Assembly: GCA_965237525.1 (NCBI GenBank)
Contig: CBDEFO010000007.1
Coordinates: forward strand, 64,001 to 128,000
Direction: 5' to 3'
DNA from: Candidatus Latescibacterota bacterium
GTDB lineage: Bacteria; Latescibacterota; CBDEFO01
DNA length: 64,000 nucleotides
In this document: positions 9,414-20,019 of the stretch, in pieces
Layout: each line of letters starts with the position of its first letter
Numbering within the stretch: the first letter of the stretch is position 1
Notes under the pieces: model-generated
Database searches by the model: none
What the model saw: only the letters and a program-made list of their open reading frames with translations
What the model was told of the DNA's origin: nothing
Translations under genes and position numbers: made by a program

Positions 9414-12400
9414 ATGAAGATCAAGAAGAAAATCCTGCTTTGGGGGCTCTCCGTTCTGTGCCTCGTTGTGATCTTCTTCGTTTCCTTTTTATACTACGGG
9501 TGGGGCTTCATTAATCTGGAAGAAAAAGTCAACAGCTTTATAGTGGAAAGAGTCTCCCCTTTGGTGGGCGGAACGCTGTATGTGAAAAGTTACAGGCTGG
9601 GTCTAGGATCTATAGTCCTTTACGATGTAAAGGCCGAATTGTACAACTTCAAATCGAGCCTTCAAATCGAAAAAGTAGTGGTCAAGTACGATCTGATCCA
9701 CGCTATGCTGCACTCCTTCAATTTTGAGGAGGGCTTAAGGGAGATCGTTCTTAACCGCCCACAGTTGACTCTCCAGCTTGCAGCAGATGAATCCCAGGTG
9801 CAAAGTGAAGATTTATCGTCAGTAGGCAGCCCGGATTTAGGCTTGAAGGTCAAGATCGTTCAGGGAAGCTTGGCCCTTGTGGGCCCTTTAAACGCAGTCC
9901 GCTCCTCTCCTCTCAAGGAAATCAAAGGGACAGTAGATATTGATAGTAATGGCAGGGCCACTATAGACCTTGAAGGAATGACCCCGAATGGAGGAGGTGC
10001 AAAATTAGACGGTTGGATCGAGCTTATGGGAAATGGATATGATCTTCAGGCATCGGTCGATTCATCCGATATATCCGGCACGTGGGTTGAGGCTTTTACA
10101 GAGGATATTTACGATCAAGCTGGCCAAATAGGATTTCGGTGCAGGCTTTCCCGGAGTGCTGAGGCAGGGGGAAAGCCGTTTTTGTATGGGGAAGGCCAGA
10201 TTAGCAACCTATCAGCCATGGTAAAACCGATACGACAGAGAATAGACTCCTTGAACGTCTCGTGGAAAGTTGAGGGTGATTCGCTCGTGATCAAGGAGGC
10301 TGAAGGTCTCTTGTGGAACACAAGACTTAATGCATCGGGAAACTTGAAGCTTTCGGGTGATCAAGAAACCGATATGGAATTTCGGTTCGCCGATGTTGAT
10401 TTAGAAAAAATGGTCGCTCTTCTAGCCCCGCAAGAAGAAAAGATCATCTGCGGAAGAGGTACCAGTCTGATCAGAGTGGACGGGCCACTTAAAGACCCCA
10501 GAGTGGTGGGAAAGTTCAAAGCCGAAAGCGCCTACTTAAAAAAAGATATCGAGATTTATGACCTGAATATCGATTTCAGAGTAAAGGAGCAGTCAATAGT
10601 TATAGATGACATAAAGACATCCTTGGGGAAAAGTAGACTTTGGGGTTTTGGCTCTATAGCGTTGAAAGATGATGAGAAAGGACAGATTAGTATTGCTCTG
10701 AAGTCCGATGATTTCAACGCAGAAGACGGAATTAGCTTCTTCGGATGGGAGGATGTCAAGGGAAAAGGGAGTCTGAACTTTGAACTATCCGGCGACATCA
10801 GTAACCTCAGGTGGTCCCTGCGGTATGTTCCCCAAGTACTGACTATAGGTGGGATAGACCTTCCCGCTCAGACGAACAATGTTGACTACAACGGAAAAGA
10901 TATTCACTTTGAATCTTCAGGCAAGGCTTGGAAAATCGTTGGCGTCCTGTCCGACCCGTTTGGACAAACTCCGCGGCTGGACGCAGACCTTGAGATAGAC
11001 GAACTTTTGACCCGTGTCAAGGAGATAGGAGGGGAAAATGTAGAAGGAGAAATAAAGCTGAAGGGAGCACTTTCCTCTATCGAGGCACGTGGACAACTCA
11101 ATCTCTGGACAGGTGACAGGGACGACGGGAGGTTATACGTCCAAGGGAGGTTCTACGACCTTTTTAAAGACACAAGACGGATAGAAGTCAAAGTCGACGC
11201 AGCTGGACTGAGGGTTTACGAGGGGAAGATAGATTTAACTTCCCAGGTATCTGAAGAAATAGATAAGATTCAACTGGACATTGGGACCAAAGATAAGAAG
11301 GTCCATTTTGTGGGATCTGTAGATCGGCGCGAAGGGGAGAGCATAACCGGAGAACTTTCGATAGGAGACTTTCCCACCAGCGATCTTTTGGGCTTCCTAG
11401 GATTTGAAGATACACCTTTAGAGGGCCAGATCGATGGGAGGGCATTAATTTCAGGAAGAATTGATAGCCTTCAGGTTATGGGCGCTTTAGAGATATCCGA
11501 TGCACGCATCAACAACGCCGATTCTATTAAAGCTGTGGTCGACCTGGATTGGGACAATGACGTTTTGAATATTCATAATTATTTCCTCTTCCAGAACGAA
11601 AAGATGATATTCAGTGGAAGAGGAAACTGGAGGAACGCAGGGAACTTTGACCTGAGGGCCAAGTCAGAAGAGATGGACCTTTCTACTCTGCTGGCACTCT
11701 TAGGAGCCAGCAAAGTAGAGGCTTCGGGTGCGGTCAAATTGGATGCTAACTTTATAAGTAGAGAGGATACATCAGCCGCAAAGGTGGAGTTTTCTGGAGA
11801 AGGTGGCCACATCTTCGGCGTGCCCTTCGACAGGATGGCTGCTCTTTTGAGAGGAGATCTTGCGAGGCTTGAGATACATGATTTCAAAATAGAAAAGGAC
11901 GAAAAATATAGAGTGTCAATCGCAGGCGAACTCCCCTTCATAAGAGCCAAAGAGGACCGAGAGAAGCTGTTGAACGTAAATGTGGAGGCGGCAGGCGATC
12001 TTTTGTCTTTTGCCTTCAGGTCAGCATTTATAGAAGAGGCCTCGGGAAATGCCAGCGCGTCCTTTAGAATCGGAGGCCAATGGAAGGAACCATATATAGA
12101 ACAGGCGGAAATTAGCTTTTCCGGAGGTCAGTTGAAGCCTTCTACATTTGTAAGACAGGTGGATGACTTGAAGGGACGTCTCGTGCTCGAACCCGGCTCA
12201 AACTTCCTCATTATGCAAGGCATATCAGGCAGAGTCGGTTCCGATATGATATTCGTAAAGAACGTACAAGCTGCTCTTGCCAAAGGGCAAAATATCCCTC
12301 ATTTTGTGATAAAAAGCTTGGGGGATCTCAACCTGGGCGTTCTAATAATAGAGACCTCTAAAGACGGCATAGAGATTAACATCCCGCCTCTGATGGATCA

Positions 12401-13496
12401 AGGGAAGGGGAAGTTCTTCTTCCTCCCAAGGGCCGCAGGGGAGCACTTTTACGTCGGCGGCCCCAAAGAATCTCCTCTGGTCAGGGGAAGGCTGGAGGGG
12501 AAAAATGGCGAGTTTACGTATCCCTTCCTCGAACCTGAATCCGAAAGTCCCATTTTCGATTTCGTCGAAATCGTAAACTGGGACATGCTGGCAGTAGCCA
12601 AAAACGGCGTCGAATATTTCAGAGAAATTCCATCCCTCGTCCGCGGAGTCCAAGCAGGGCGAGCAAGGGCCCGTATACAGGAGGGAAGCTACCTGGATTT
12701 TCAAGGGATCGACCAAGACGGTTCGTTCTATGTGACAGGGAAGGTAAGTTCGGTCAAAGGAACCATCAGCCTTTTAGATACCGAGTTTAATCTCTCAGAA
12801 GAGACAGGGGCAGAAGTGGATACTAAATACGGTGAGTATGCACGGTTCTACGGCAAGGCTTCAACCACCGTCTATGACGACTCGACAGGAGTCCCTACCC
12901 AGATATATTTGGAACTCTACGCCCTGGACCAATACACCAGGACAGAACTGGATAAGGCTCATTGGGAAGATTTTCGCTTCAAGCTCACATCGTTAGACCC
13001 TGCTGATGACTCCCAGGAGAAGATATTGGCCCAATTAGGATACGTCAGCGGAAATTACGACAAAAAGGCGATAGACGCTATGGCGATGATGAGCGACACC
13101 ATCTTCAGGAGACACATAGCCCATCCAGTAGAAAGGGGCTTAAGGTCGTCGCTGGGAATAGATGTGTTAAGAATAAGACCCCTTTTGGCATCAAATCTGT
13201 TCGGGAAAGAAGAAGGAATCTTTAAAGGAGCACAGAATGTGGGAACGTGGAGGTTCCTCCGAGGGAGCAGACTCACAGTGGGAGAATACCTGGGAGACCG
13301 CTGGTTCCTGTCCTACACGGGATTACTGGATACAGGCGCCGATAGCCTGCAAAGAGACGCTTTAGGCATCAAGCACAGCTTAGGTTTAGAATATCTGATA
13401 AAGGCCAGAACCAGATTAGAGCTTAAATATTACTACGACGATATTGTCCGGGAAAACGACAGACGGCTAAATATAAGGCACGAGTTCGATTTTTAG
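9414..13496 (+). CDS. TamB/AsmA-like periplasm-spanning protein
   Basis: 1360 aa, N-terminal TM anchor, repetitive beta-rich body, C-terminal beta strands ending in F; directly upstream of bamA. Confidence 0.7.
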   Translation: MKIKKKILLWGLSVLCLVVIFFVSFLYYGWGFINLEEKVNSFIVERVSPLVGGTLYVKSYRLGLGSIVLYDVKAELYNFKSSLQIEKVVVKYDLIHAMLHSFNFEEGLREIVLNRPQLTLQLAADESQVQSEDLSSVGSPDLGLKVKIVQGSLALVGPLNAVRSSPLKEIKGTVDIDSNGRATIDLEGMTPNGGGAKLDGWIELMGNGYDLQASVDSSDISGTWVEAFTEDIYDQAGQIGFRCRLSRSAEAGGKPFLYGEGQISNLSAMVKPIRQRIDSLNVSWKVEGDSLVIKEAEGLLWNTRLNASGNLKLSGDQETDMEFRFADVDLEKMVALLAPQEEKIICGRGTSLIRVDGPLKDPRVVGKFKAESAYLKKDIEIYDLNIDFRVKEQSIVIDDIKTSLGKSRLWGFGSIALKDDEKGQISIALKSDDFNAEDGISFFGWEDVKGKGSLNFELSGDISNLRWSLRYVPQVLTIGGIDLPAQTNNVDYNGKDIHFESSGKAWKIVGVLSDPFGQTPRLDADLEIDELLTRVKEIGGENVEGEIKLKGALSSIEARGQLNLWTGDRDDGRLYVQGRFYDLFKDTRRIEVKVDAAGLRVYEGKIDLTSQVSEEIDKIQLDIGTKDKKVHFVGSVDRREGESITGELSIGDFPTSDLLGFLGFEDTPLEGQIDGRALISGRIDSLQVMGALEISDARINNADSIKAVVDLDWDNDVLNIHNYFLFQNEKMIFSGRGNWRNAGNFDLRAKSEEMDLSTLLALLGASKVEASGAVKLDANFISREDTSAAKVEFSGEGGHIFGVPFDRMAALLRGDLARLEIHDFKIEKDEKYRVSIAGELPFIRAKEDREKLLNVNVEAAGDLLSFAFRSAFIEEASGNASASFRIGGQWKEPYIEQAEISFSGGQLKPSTFVRQVDDLKGRLVLEPGSNFLIMQGISGRVGSDMIFVKNVQAALAKGQNIPHFVIKSLGDLNLGVLIIETSKDGIEINIPPLMDQGKGKFFFLPRAAGEHFYVGGPKESPLVRGRLEGKNGEFTYPFLEPESESPIFDFVEIVNWDMLAVAKNGVEYFREIPSLVRGVQAGRARARIQEGSYLDFQGIDQDGSFYVTGKVSSVKGTISLLDTEFNLSEETGAEVDTKYGEYARFYGKASTTVYDDSTGVPTQIYLELYALDQYTRTELDKAHWEDFRFKLTSLDPADDSQEKILAQLGYVSGNYDKKAIDAMAMMSDTIFRRHIAHPVERGLRSSLGIDVLRIRPLLASNLFGKEEGIFKGAQNVGTWRFLRGSRLTVGEYLGDRWFLSYTGLLDTGADSLQRDALGIKHSLGLEYLIKARTRLELKYYYDDIVRENDRRLNIRHEFDF

Positions 13497-13556
13497 GCAT
13501 TTTCAGTTTTTCCCGCCTCCTATTTCAAAGACGGAGTATGCGAAAGCGAGGCTTGT

Positions 13557-15863
13557 ATGAAGGGCCGGATACTTATATTTACAATATCAATGATCTTGAT
13601 CACAGAGATCTTTTTTCCTTCCCTATCTCTATCTCAGTTAGGGTCTACAAGAATCTCTAAGATCAGCGTTGAGGGCAACGTCCGCTCAAACGAATCTTTA
13701 ATTGTGAGCGCATCGGGACTACGGCATGGGCAGTATGTTACGCGTGAGGATATCCGGGACGCGATACGGGATCTCTACGCTTTGGGCCTCTTCCACGATA
13801 TAAAGGTCCTTAAAGAGGAAGATGAAAACGGAGAAACGGTGCTGACGTTAGAAGTAAAAGAATATCCAGCGCTCAAGGAGCTCAGGTTCGAGGGGAACGA
13901 TAAGATAAAGGATAAGGACCTAGAAAAGACCGTAGGGTTTATAAAGGAACAGGTTATAAGCCCCAAGGATTTAAAGGACGCCGAAATAAAGATAAGATCA
14001 ATGTATGAGGATAAGGGATACCTCCTGGCAGAAGTAGATCATAATCTATTCAAGTCGGGCGAACTCGGAGAGATTATACTCGGCTTCAATATCCGCGAAG
14101 GGGTCAAGGTGCAGGTCAAAAGGATAGGGATATTTGGGAATGAGAAAATTAACGATTCTGACATTAGCAAGCAGATGGAGATCAAAGAGGACAGATGGTG
14201 GAGGGGAGGCGACTTCAAAAGGGATGTGTACAGAGAAGACCTCAGGAAGATAGAGATCTTTTACAGGAGCAATGGCTACAGGGACGCTGAGATACTGCGT
14301 GACAGCCTCTACTATGATGGGACTAGGGAGGGCCTGTACATAGATATTTACGTCCAGGAGGGGACACTATACCGATTCGGAGAGGTCACGTGGGAGGGGA
14401 ATACATTTATCAGCAACGATGAGATCTCAAAGCAGGTGGTTGCAAAAAGAGGACAGTCTTACGAGGAGTTTAAATACCTGATGACGCGCCAGAACATATC
14501 CTCAGCGTATCAGGAGACCGGCTATCTCAACATCAGAGTTATCCCCGAAATTGTAGATCTGGAAGGAAAGGTAAACATACACTTTAAGATCCTGGAAGGC
14601 AATCCTTCAAGGGTTAAAATCGTCAAGATTAAAGGGAATACCAAGACGAAAGAAAAGGTAATACGAAGAGAACTCTCCGTCAAGCCAGGACAGGTCTTTA
14701 GACGTTCAGAACTGGAGAGGAGCGTACGGGACATATATATCCTCGGATACTTCAAAAACGTTGAGCCCAAGCACGAAGTATTAGAAAACGGGGACGTAAA
14801 CATAGAGTTTGACGTGGAGGAAAGGCACACAGGGACGGCGTCCATGGGTGCGGGATTCAGCGAAAGAGATAGACTTGTGGGAACCATAGGTCTATCGGTA
14901 CCCAACTTTCTGGGCAACGGTCAAAAGCTCGACTTCAACTGGGATTTCGGAACCAGAAGAGAACTTCTAAGGATAGGATTTACAGAGCCGTGGCTCTTTG
15001 ACACGCCTACCTCAGGATCGTTTAACATATTCAAGAGCAAAAGCCAGTTCTTCAGCAACGGTACAGATGAATTCGATCTGAAGCGGCAGGGTGTCTCGGT
15101 GTCGATGGGCAGGAAACTCGGATGGCCCGATAGCTTCTCAAGGGGCGTGATAAGATACAGGTTCGAGGAAGAAAGGTTCGGTAATTTCTCAGCGGAATAC
15201 ACAGGGACCTTTAAAGATAGAAAACCTACCAAAACGGCTACCTTGAGCGCAACTTATATCAGGGACAGCCGCGATCTTCCCCTCTTTCCCACAAAGGGCT
15301 CTATAGTCTCGTACACTCCGGAGTTTGGAGGCGAGTTCCTCGGTGGCGACGCCGATTACTACAAGCATTTTTTAGATGGCAATTTCTTCTTTGGCACACT
15401 CTGGAAGTTCGTGCTAAACGTCAGAACAAGGGTCGGGTTCGTCAAGACATTTGCGGACGACATAGATAACATCCCGTTTACCGAGAAGTTTACACCGGGA
15501 GGAATTGACATAGTAGATGGCATGATCAGGGGCTACTCCGACAGATCTGTGGGACCAAGAGAGGACGGATTTAGACAGGGAGGTAATTCGATGTTGATCT
15601 TCAACATAGAATATCGGTTCCCCGTAGTCGATCAGCAGATGTACGGGATATTCTTCGCCGACGCTGGAAACGCCTGGAAACATCCTTCTGATCTGGACAT
15701 TGGAAGCCTCAAACGTTCCGCAGGCTTCGGCATAAGGTTCATGGCTCCCATAATAGGCTTGATCGGATTCGACTTTGCCTACGGATTCGACAGGGAAGAA
15801 GTGGACGGTGCGCTGCCCGAGTGGAAGACACACTTCCAGTTTGGTCCACAACTGCAGTATTAG
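13557..15863 (+). CDS. bamA: Outer membrane protein assembly factor BamA
   Basis: Five POTRA-like repeats (GNTKTKEKVIRREL), IRGY motif, C-terminal barrel. Confidence 0.95.
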   Translation: MKGRILIFTISMILITEIFFPSLSLSQLGSTRISKISVEGNVRSNESLIVSASGLRHGQYVTREDIRDAIRDLYALGLFHDIKVLKEEDENGETVLTLEVKEYPALKELRFEGNDKIKDKDLEKTVGFIKEQVISPKDLKDAEIKIRSMYEDKGYLLAEVDHNLFKSGELGEIILGFNIREGVKVQVKRIGIFGNEKINDSDISKQMEIKEDRWWRGGDFKRDVYREDLRKIEIFYRSNGYRDAEILRDSLYYDGTREGLYIDIYVQEGTLYRFGEVTWEGNTFISNDEISKQVVAKRGQSYEEFKYLMTRQNISSAYQETGYLNIRVIPEIVDLEGKVNIHFKILEGNPSRVKIVKIKGNTKTKEKVIRRELSVKPGQVFRRSELERSVRDIYILGYFKNVEPKHEVLENGDVNIEFDVEERHTGTASMGAGFSERDRLVGTIGLSVPNFLGNGQKLDFNWDFGTRRELLRIGFTEPWLFDTPTSGSFNIFKSKSQFFSNGTDEFDLKRQGVSVSMGRKLGWPDSFSRGVIRYRFEEERFGNFSAEYTGTFKDRKPTKTATLSATYIRDSRDLPLFPTKGSIVSYTPEFGGEFLGGDADYYKHFLDGNFFFGTLWKFVLNVRTRVGFVKTFADDIDNIPFTEKFTPGGIDIVDGMIRGYSDRSVGPREDGFRQGGNSMLIFNIEYRFPVVDQQMYGIFFADAGNAWKHPSDLDIGSLKRSAGFGIRFMAPIIGLIGFDFAYGFDREEVDGALPEWKTHFQFGPQLQY

Positions 15864-15995
15864 AAAATAGTGCTGTCTGGGATGGATGGATGAAGTGGCG
15901 GCAACAAACCACGAAGTGATCTGACGACATAACACACCTTTTTCGCAAGACAATTCCTCAATGCTTTTGGGGACCCCCTCAAGGAGAGAATCGCT

Positions 15996-16565
15996 ATGCG
16001 TTCCAAAGTTCTTTTAAAAAGGTCTATCTTTACCACCGCTGTGGCGTCTACCGTTGTTCTGTTCTGGGCTGTTTTCTCCCATGCCGCTGATCTGAAGGTT
16101 GCCTACATCAACTCGGAGCGCATACTCTCAGACTATAAGGCCCTTGCTGAAGTTCAGCAAGAACTGGACAGATACAAGGATCAGTGGGAGAAAGAGGCCG
16201 AAAAGAAGCAGAGGGAGTTAGAACGTCTCAAGGAGGAATATGAGGTACAGCGGTTGCTTATGAGCGAGGAGAAGAGAAAAGAGCTTGAAAGGGATGGGGA
16301 GGCTAAGGCCCAGGCCCTTCAGAAGTTCGTGGATGAGTTCCTCTCCCCAGGGGGGAAGTATGCTCAAAAGAACATAGAGCTCTCCAAGCCGATCTACGAT
16401 GAGATAAACTCCTTAATAAAGAATATAGGGGAAGAGGAGGACTACGACTTTATCTTCGACTCACCGGGCCTGCTCTTCGCAAAACCCCAATATGACATAA
16501 CCGACCGGATATTAGAGGAACTGGACAAAGAGATCCCCACGTCCAAGGAGTCCCAATCAGAATAG
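15996..16565 (+). CDS. skp: Periplasmic chaperone Skp/OmpH
   Basis: Signal peptide, KVAYINSERI, coiled coil, YDFIFD..DIT; lies between bamA and lpxD. Confidence 0.9.
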   Translation: MRSKVLLKRSIFTTAVASTVVLFWAVFSHAADLKVAYINSERILSDYKALAEVQQELDRYKDQWEKEAEKKQRELERLKEEYEVQRLLMSEEKRKELERDGEAKAQALQKFVDEFLSPGGKYAQKNIELSKPIYDEINSLIKNIGEEEDYDFIFDSPGLLFAKPQYDITDRILEELDKEIPTSKESQSE

Positions 16566-16587
16566 GACTTAAAAATCGTCTTAGCCC

Positions 16588-17670
16588 ATGCAAATGAGAT
16601 TAGACCAAATCGTCAGCCTGGTCGGGGGAGAGATCCTGGGAGATGGCGGCACACTAATATCGGGAGTCGCGGGCATAGATGACGCCGAACAAGGCGATAT
16701 TACCTTCCTTTCCAATCCCCAATATCGCCGTTATCTCAAATCCACAAAGGCCTCTGCCTTGATCCTCCCGTCCACATCTTCTTCCCCGATTGAATCTATC
16801 GGGGATAGCCCCCATAAAGATGAAGATTCCATTTCTATCCCCGTTATCCTTTCTGAAAACCCCTATTACTGCTTCGCCCAGGTTATGCGACTCTTCCACA
16901 CACAGGAGGATGAATATCCCAAGGAGATACACCTCACTGCTCAAGTGGCCAAGACCGCCCAGATCGGCGCTGGTATATATATAGGTCCTCACGTCTGTGT
17001 GGAAGAGGGAGCAAAGATCGAAGATGGAGTTAGAATCTGTGCAAATTCCATCATAGGAAAAAACTGCAAAATAGGCCAGGGGACTCTGATATATCCAAAC
17101 GTGACGATCTACAAGGAAATACAGATCGGAAAGGACGTGATAATACACTCCGGAGCTGTTATAGGGAGCGACGGTTTCGGGTTTGCCCCGGATAATGGCA
17201 AATATCACAAGGTCCCGCAGGTAGGTACTGTGATCATCGAAGATGACGCTGAGATAGGAGCTAATACCACGATAGATCGTGCAACAATGGGCGTTACACG
17301 GATAGGAAAAGGAACCAAGATCGACAACCTGGTTCAGATAGCCCACAATGTGGAGATAGCTGCGGACACCGTTATTGCCGCCCAGGCAGGGGTTTCTGGG
17401 AGTACAAAGATCGGGAGAAAGTGCCAGATTGGTGGCCAAGTTGGCTTCGTAGGTCATATTGAATTGGGAGACGAATCGATAGTAGGTGCGCAATCGGGAA
17501 TAGCCAAATCGTTCCCCGAAAAGTCGTTCATAACAGGAAGTCCCGCAAGATCAATAGAAATAGTCAGAAAGACAGAGGCCTATCAGAGCAAGATCCCCGA
17601 CCTTTTAAAGAGAGTCAAGCAGTTGGAAAAACAGATGGAAGAACTCAAAGAGGAGTTGAGGGACGGATAA
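16588..17670 (+). CDS. lpxD: UDP-3-O-acyl-glucosamine N-acyltransferase
   Basis: Hexapeptide repeats, [20 protein letters not shown]; carries an in-frame palindrome at 16784-16804. Confidence 0.96.
   Translation: MQMRLDQIVSLVGGEILGDGGTLISGVAGIDDAEQGDITFLSNPQYRRYLKSTKASALILPSTSSSPIESIGDSPHKDEDSISIPVILSENPYYCFAQVMRLFHTQEDEYPKEIHLTAQVAKTAQIGAGIYIGPHVCVEEGAKIEDGVRICANSIIGKNCKIGQGTLIYPNVTIYKEIQIGKDVIIHSGAVIGSDGFGFAPDNGKYHKVPQVGTVIIEDDAEIGANTTIDRATMGVTRIGKGTKIDNLVQIAHNVEIAADTVIAAQAGVSGSTKIGRKCQIGGQVGFVGHIELGDESIVGAQSGIAKSFPEKSFITGSPARSIEIVRKTEAYQSKIPDLLKRVKQLEKQMEELKEELRDG
16784..16804. repeat. 21-bp palindromic repeat CCCCGATTGAATCTATCGGGG, in-frame in lpxD
   Basis: 7-bp stem and 7-nt loop; identical to copies at 34749 and 61496. 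Confidence 0.92.
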
Positions 17671-17671
17671 G

Positions 17672-19081
17672 ATGCTCAAGAATCAGCGCACTATAGCAAA
17701 AGAGGTATCGTGCTCTGGCACGGGTCTGCACACCGGCTCGGAAGTCAAGGCTACGTTTAAACCGTCAGGAATCAATACAGGTGTGACGTTTGTGCGCACA
17801 GATCTTCCTATGAATCCCGAGATTCCAGCGGATATAGACCACGTAGTAGATACATCAAGGGGGACAACCATAGGAATTGACAACGCCAAAGTTCACACAG
17901 TAGAGCACCTCCTGGCCGCTCTGGCAGGATTGGGAATAGACAACGTCACAGTAGAGATAAGTTCCAGCGAGCCCCCGGTCGGCGACGGCAGCGCGATGAT
18001 CTTTGTTGAGTCCCTGCAGAAGGCAGGATTTGTGGAGCAGGACTCTCCTAAAGACTACATCATCATAGAGGAGATGATCAGATACTCCGAGCCCGATGGC
18101 GGTCCCGAATTGGTGGTTTTACCCTCAGACGACTTCAAGGTCACCTTTATGAGCGCTCCTGACACGCCGGCTGTAGAAGCCCAATATACAGGTATGTTCT
18201 CACTGGAGGACGAGTTCATAGTGGACTACGCACCGGCGCGCACCTTTTGTCTGTTGAGTGAACTTAAGACCCTAAGAGAGCAAAACCTCATCAGGGGAGG
18301 TAGCCTCTCTAACGCCCTTGTCATCGCGGATGTCACTAGTAGTGAGGAGGAACTCGACGAACTCAAGGATCTTTTTGGAATTACCGAGCAAGTAACGGTG
18401 GGCCAGAACGGTCTCATCAACGGAGTGGAACTTCGCTTCCCCAACGAATTCTGTCGCCACAAAGTCCTCGACCTTACGGGAGACCTCTTTCTTTTGGGTG
18501 CTCCTATCCGGGGGCACGTCATGGCGGTCAGCTCAGGGCACAGGTCGAACATAGAATTTGCTACAATGATCAGAAAAATCTATGAGAAAAGAAAGATAGC
18601 CAAAGAGTACGACCACGCCAAGAGCGACAAATTCCTCTTCGACATAAGAGCCATCCGAAAGATTATGCCTCATCGCTATCCCTTCCTCATGATCGACAGA
18701 ATAATATATATGCTCCCAGGGGAAAAGGTGGTGGGTATAAAGAACGTCACGATCAACGAACAGTTCTTCACAGGACACTTCCCGACCGATCCTGTTATGC
18801 CAGCTGTCCTTCAGATAGAGGCTATGGCTCAAGTGGGGGGCATATTATTCCTGAGCACAGTGGACGATCCCGAAAAGAAACTGGTCTATTTCTTGGGAGT
18901 CGATAAGGCTAAGTTCAGAAAGCCTGTAGTTCCGGGAGATCAAATTCGCTTTGAGCTAGACATGATCAGGCTTCGGCGCACAACCTGCAAGATGCAGGGC
19001 AAAGCCTGTGTGGACGGAGATTTAGTAGCTGAAGCCGAGCTTACGGCAATGCTCGTGGATAAAGAAAATCCTCCTCACTGA
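17672..19081 (+). CDS. lpxC: Bifunctional LpxC/FabZ
   Basis: GTGLHTG, TVEHLLAAL, RHKVLDLTGD followed by PHRYPFLMIDR and FFTGHFP. Confidence 0.95.
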   Translation: MLKNQRTIAKEVSCSGTGLHTGSEVKATFKPSGINTGVTFVRTDLPMNPEIPADIDHVVDTSRGTTIGIDNAKVHTVEHLLAALAGLGIDNVTVEISSSEPPVGDGSAMIFVESLQKAGFVEQDSPKDYIIIEEMIRYSEPDGGPELVVLPSDDFKVTFMSAPDTPAVEAQYTGMFSLEDEFIVDYAPARTFCLLSELKTLREQNLIRGGSLSNALVIADVTSSEEELDELKDLFGITEQVTVGQNGLINGVELRFPNEFCRHKVLDLTGDLFLLGAPIRGHVMAVSSGHRSNIEFATMIRKIYEKRKIAKEYDHAKSDKFLFDIRAIRKIMPHRYPFLMIDRIIYMLPGEKVVGIKNVTINEQFFTGHFPTDPVMPAVLQIEAMAQVGGILFLSTVDDPEKKLVYFLGVDKAKFRKPVVPGDQIRFELDMIRLRRTTCKMQGKACVDGDLVAEAELTAMLVDKENPPH

Positions 19082-19145
19082 ACCTCCCTATTGCCCTGAT
19101 TCATCCTACCGCTTATCGTAAAGGCGGGGTAACCCCGTCCTCCAC

Positions 19146-19961
19146 TTGATTCATCATCAGAGGCGAGAATTGGAAATACACAAGTTTGCCCAATTAAGCC
19201 CCCAAGCCCAGTTGGACCAGGATGTCTCTATAGGTCCCTTCTCCCTGATCGAAGCGGGAGTAACCATAGGATCAGGGACTAATATAGGCTCGAATGTTCT
19301 GATAGCCAAAGGCTCCATAATAGGCCGGGATTGTTCCATCCATCACGGCGCTGTAGTAGGTTCTGTACCCCAGGATTTGAAATTTCACGGCGAAGAGACG
19401 ACGCTGGAAATGGGAGACAGGACGGTTATAAGAGAATACGCCACACTAAACCGCGGGACGTCGCACCGGATGAAGACCAGAATTGGGAGTGATTGCCTCC
19501 TAATGGCGTACGTCCATGTGGCTCACGACTGCATAATCAAAGACAACGTCGTCATTTCTAACTGCACGCAGATGGCAGGTCACGTGACTGTGGAAGACTA
19601 TGTCAGGCTGTCGGGATGCGTGCTGATTCAACAATTCAGCAGGATAGGACAACATAGCTTCGTATCCGGGGGGTGCCGCATAACTAAGGATGTGCCACCG
19701 TTCATAAAAGCCTCCGGAGATCCGCCAAGTCCCGTCGGACTCAACGTCGGCAAGGGACAGACCGGTCCTGTGGGATTGGAAATGCACGGTATATCGAAGG
19801 AGGCTGTAGAGATTTTGAAGAAAGCATACAAGATCATCTTCAGGTCTGATATGAACACGACGCAGGCTATAGAGACAGTGAAAGCAGAGATCGAACAGAC
19901 AGAAGAGGTGAAGGCTCTTATAGAGTTTATAGAAAGCAGCGAAAGAGGAATAATAAAATAG
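19146..19961 (+). CDS. lpxA: UDP-N-acetylglucosamine O-acyltransferase (start may be TTG at 19170)
   Basis: PQDLKF, IREYATLNRGT, HVAHDC, SERGIIK. Confidence 0.95.
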   Translation: MIHHQRRELEIHKFAQLSPQAQLDQDVSIGPFSLIEAGVTIGSGTNIGSNVLIAKGSIIGRDCSIHHGAVVGSVPQDLKFHGEETTLEMGDRTVIREYATLNRGTSHRMKTRIGSDCLLMAYVHVAHDCIIKDNVVISNCTQMAGHVTVEDYVRLSGCVLIQQFSRIGQHSFVSGGCRITKDVPPFIKASGDPPSPVGLNVGKGQTGPVGLEMHGISKEAVEILKKAYKIIFRSDMNTTQAIETVKAEIEQTEEVKALIEFIESSERGIIK

Positions 19962-20019
19962 TAAACAGGGTATCCTCTCTCATCCGCGTATGCTATCTAC
20001 TTGCTCTGGAGGTGCTAAG

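Noticed and set aside
16654..17493. Long antisense ORFs (e.g. 16654-17493, 49414-50349)
   Set aside because: Opposite well-supported genes and lacking protein motifs
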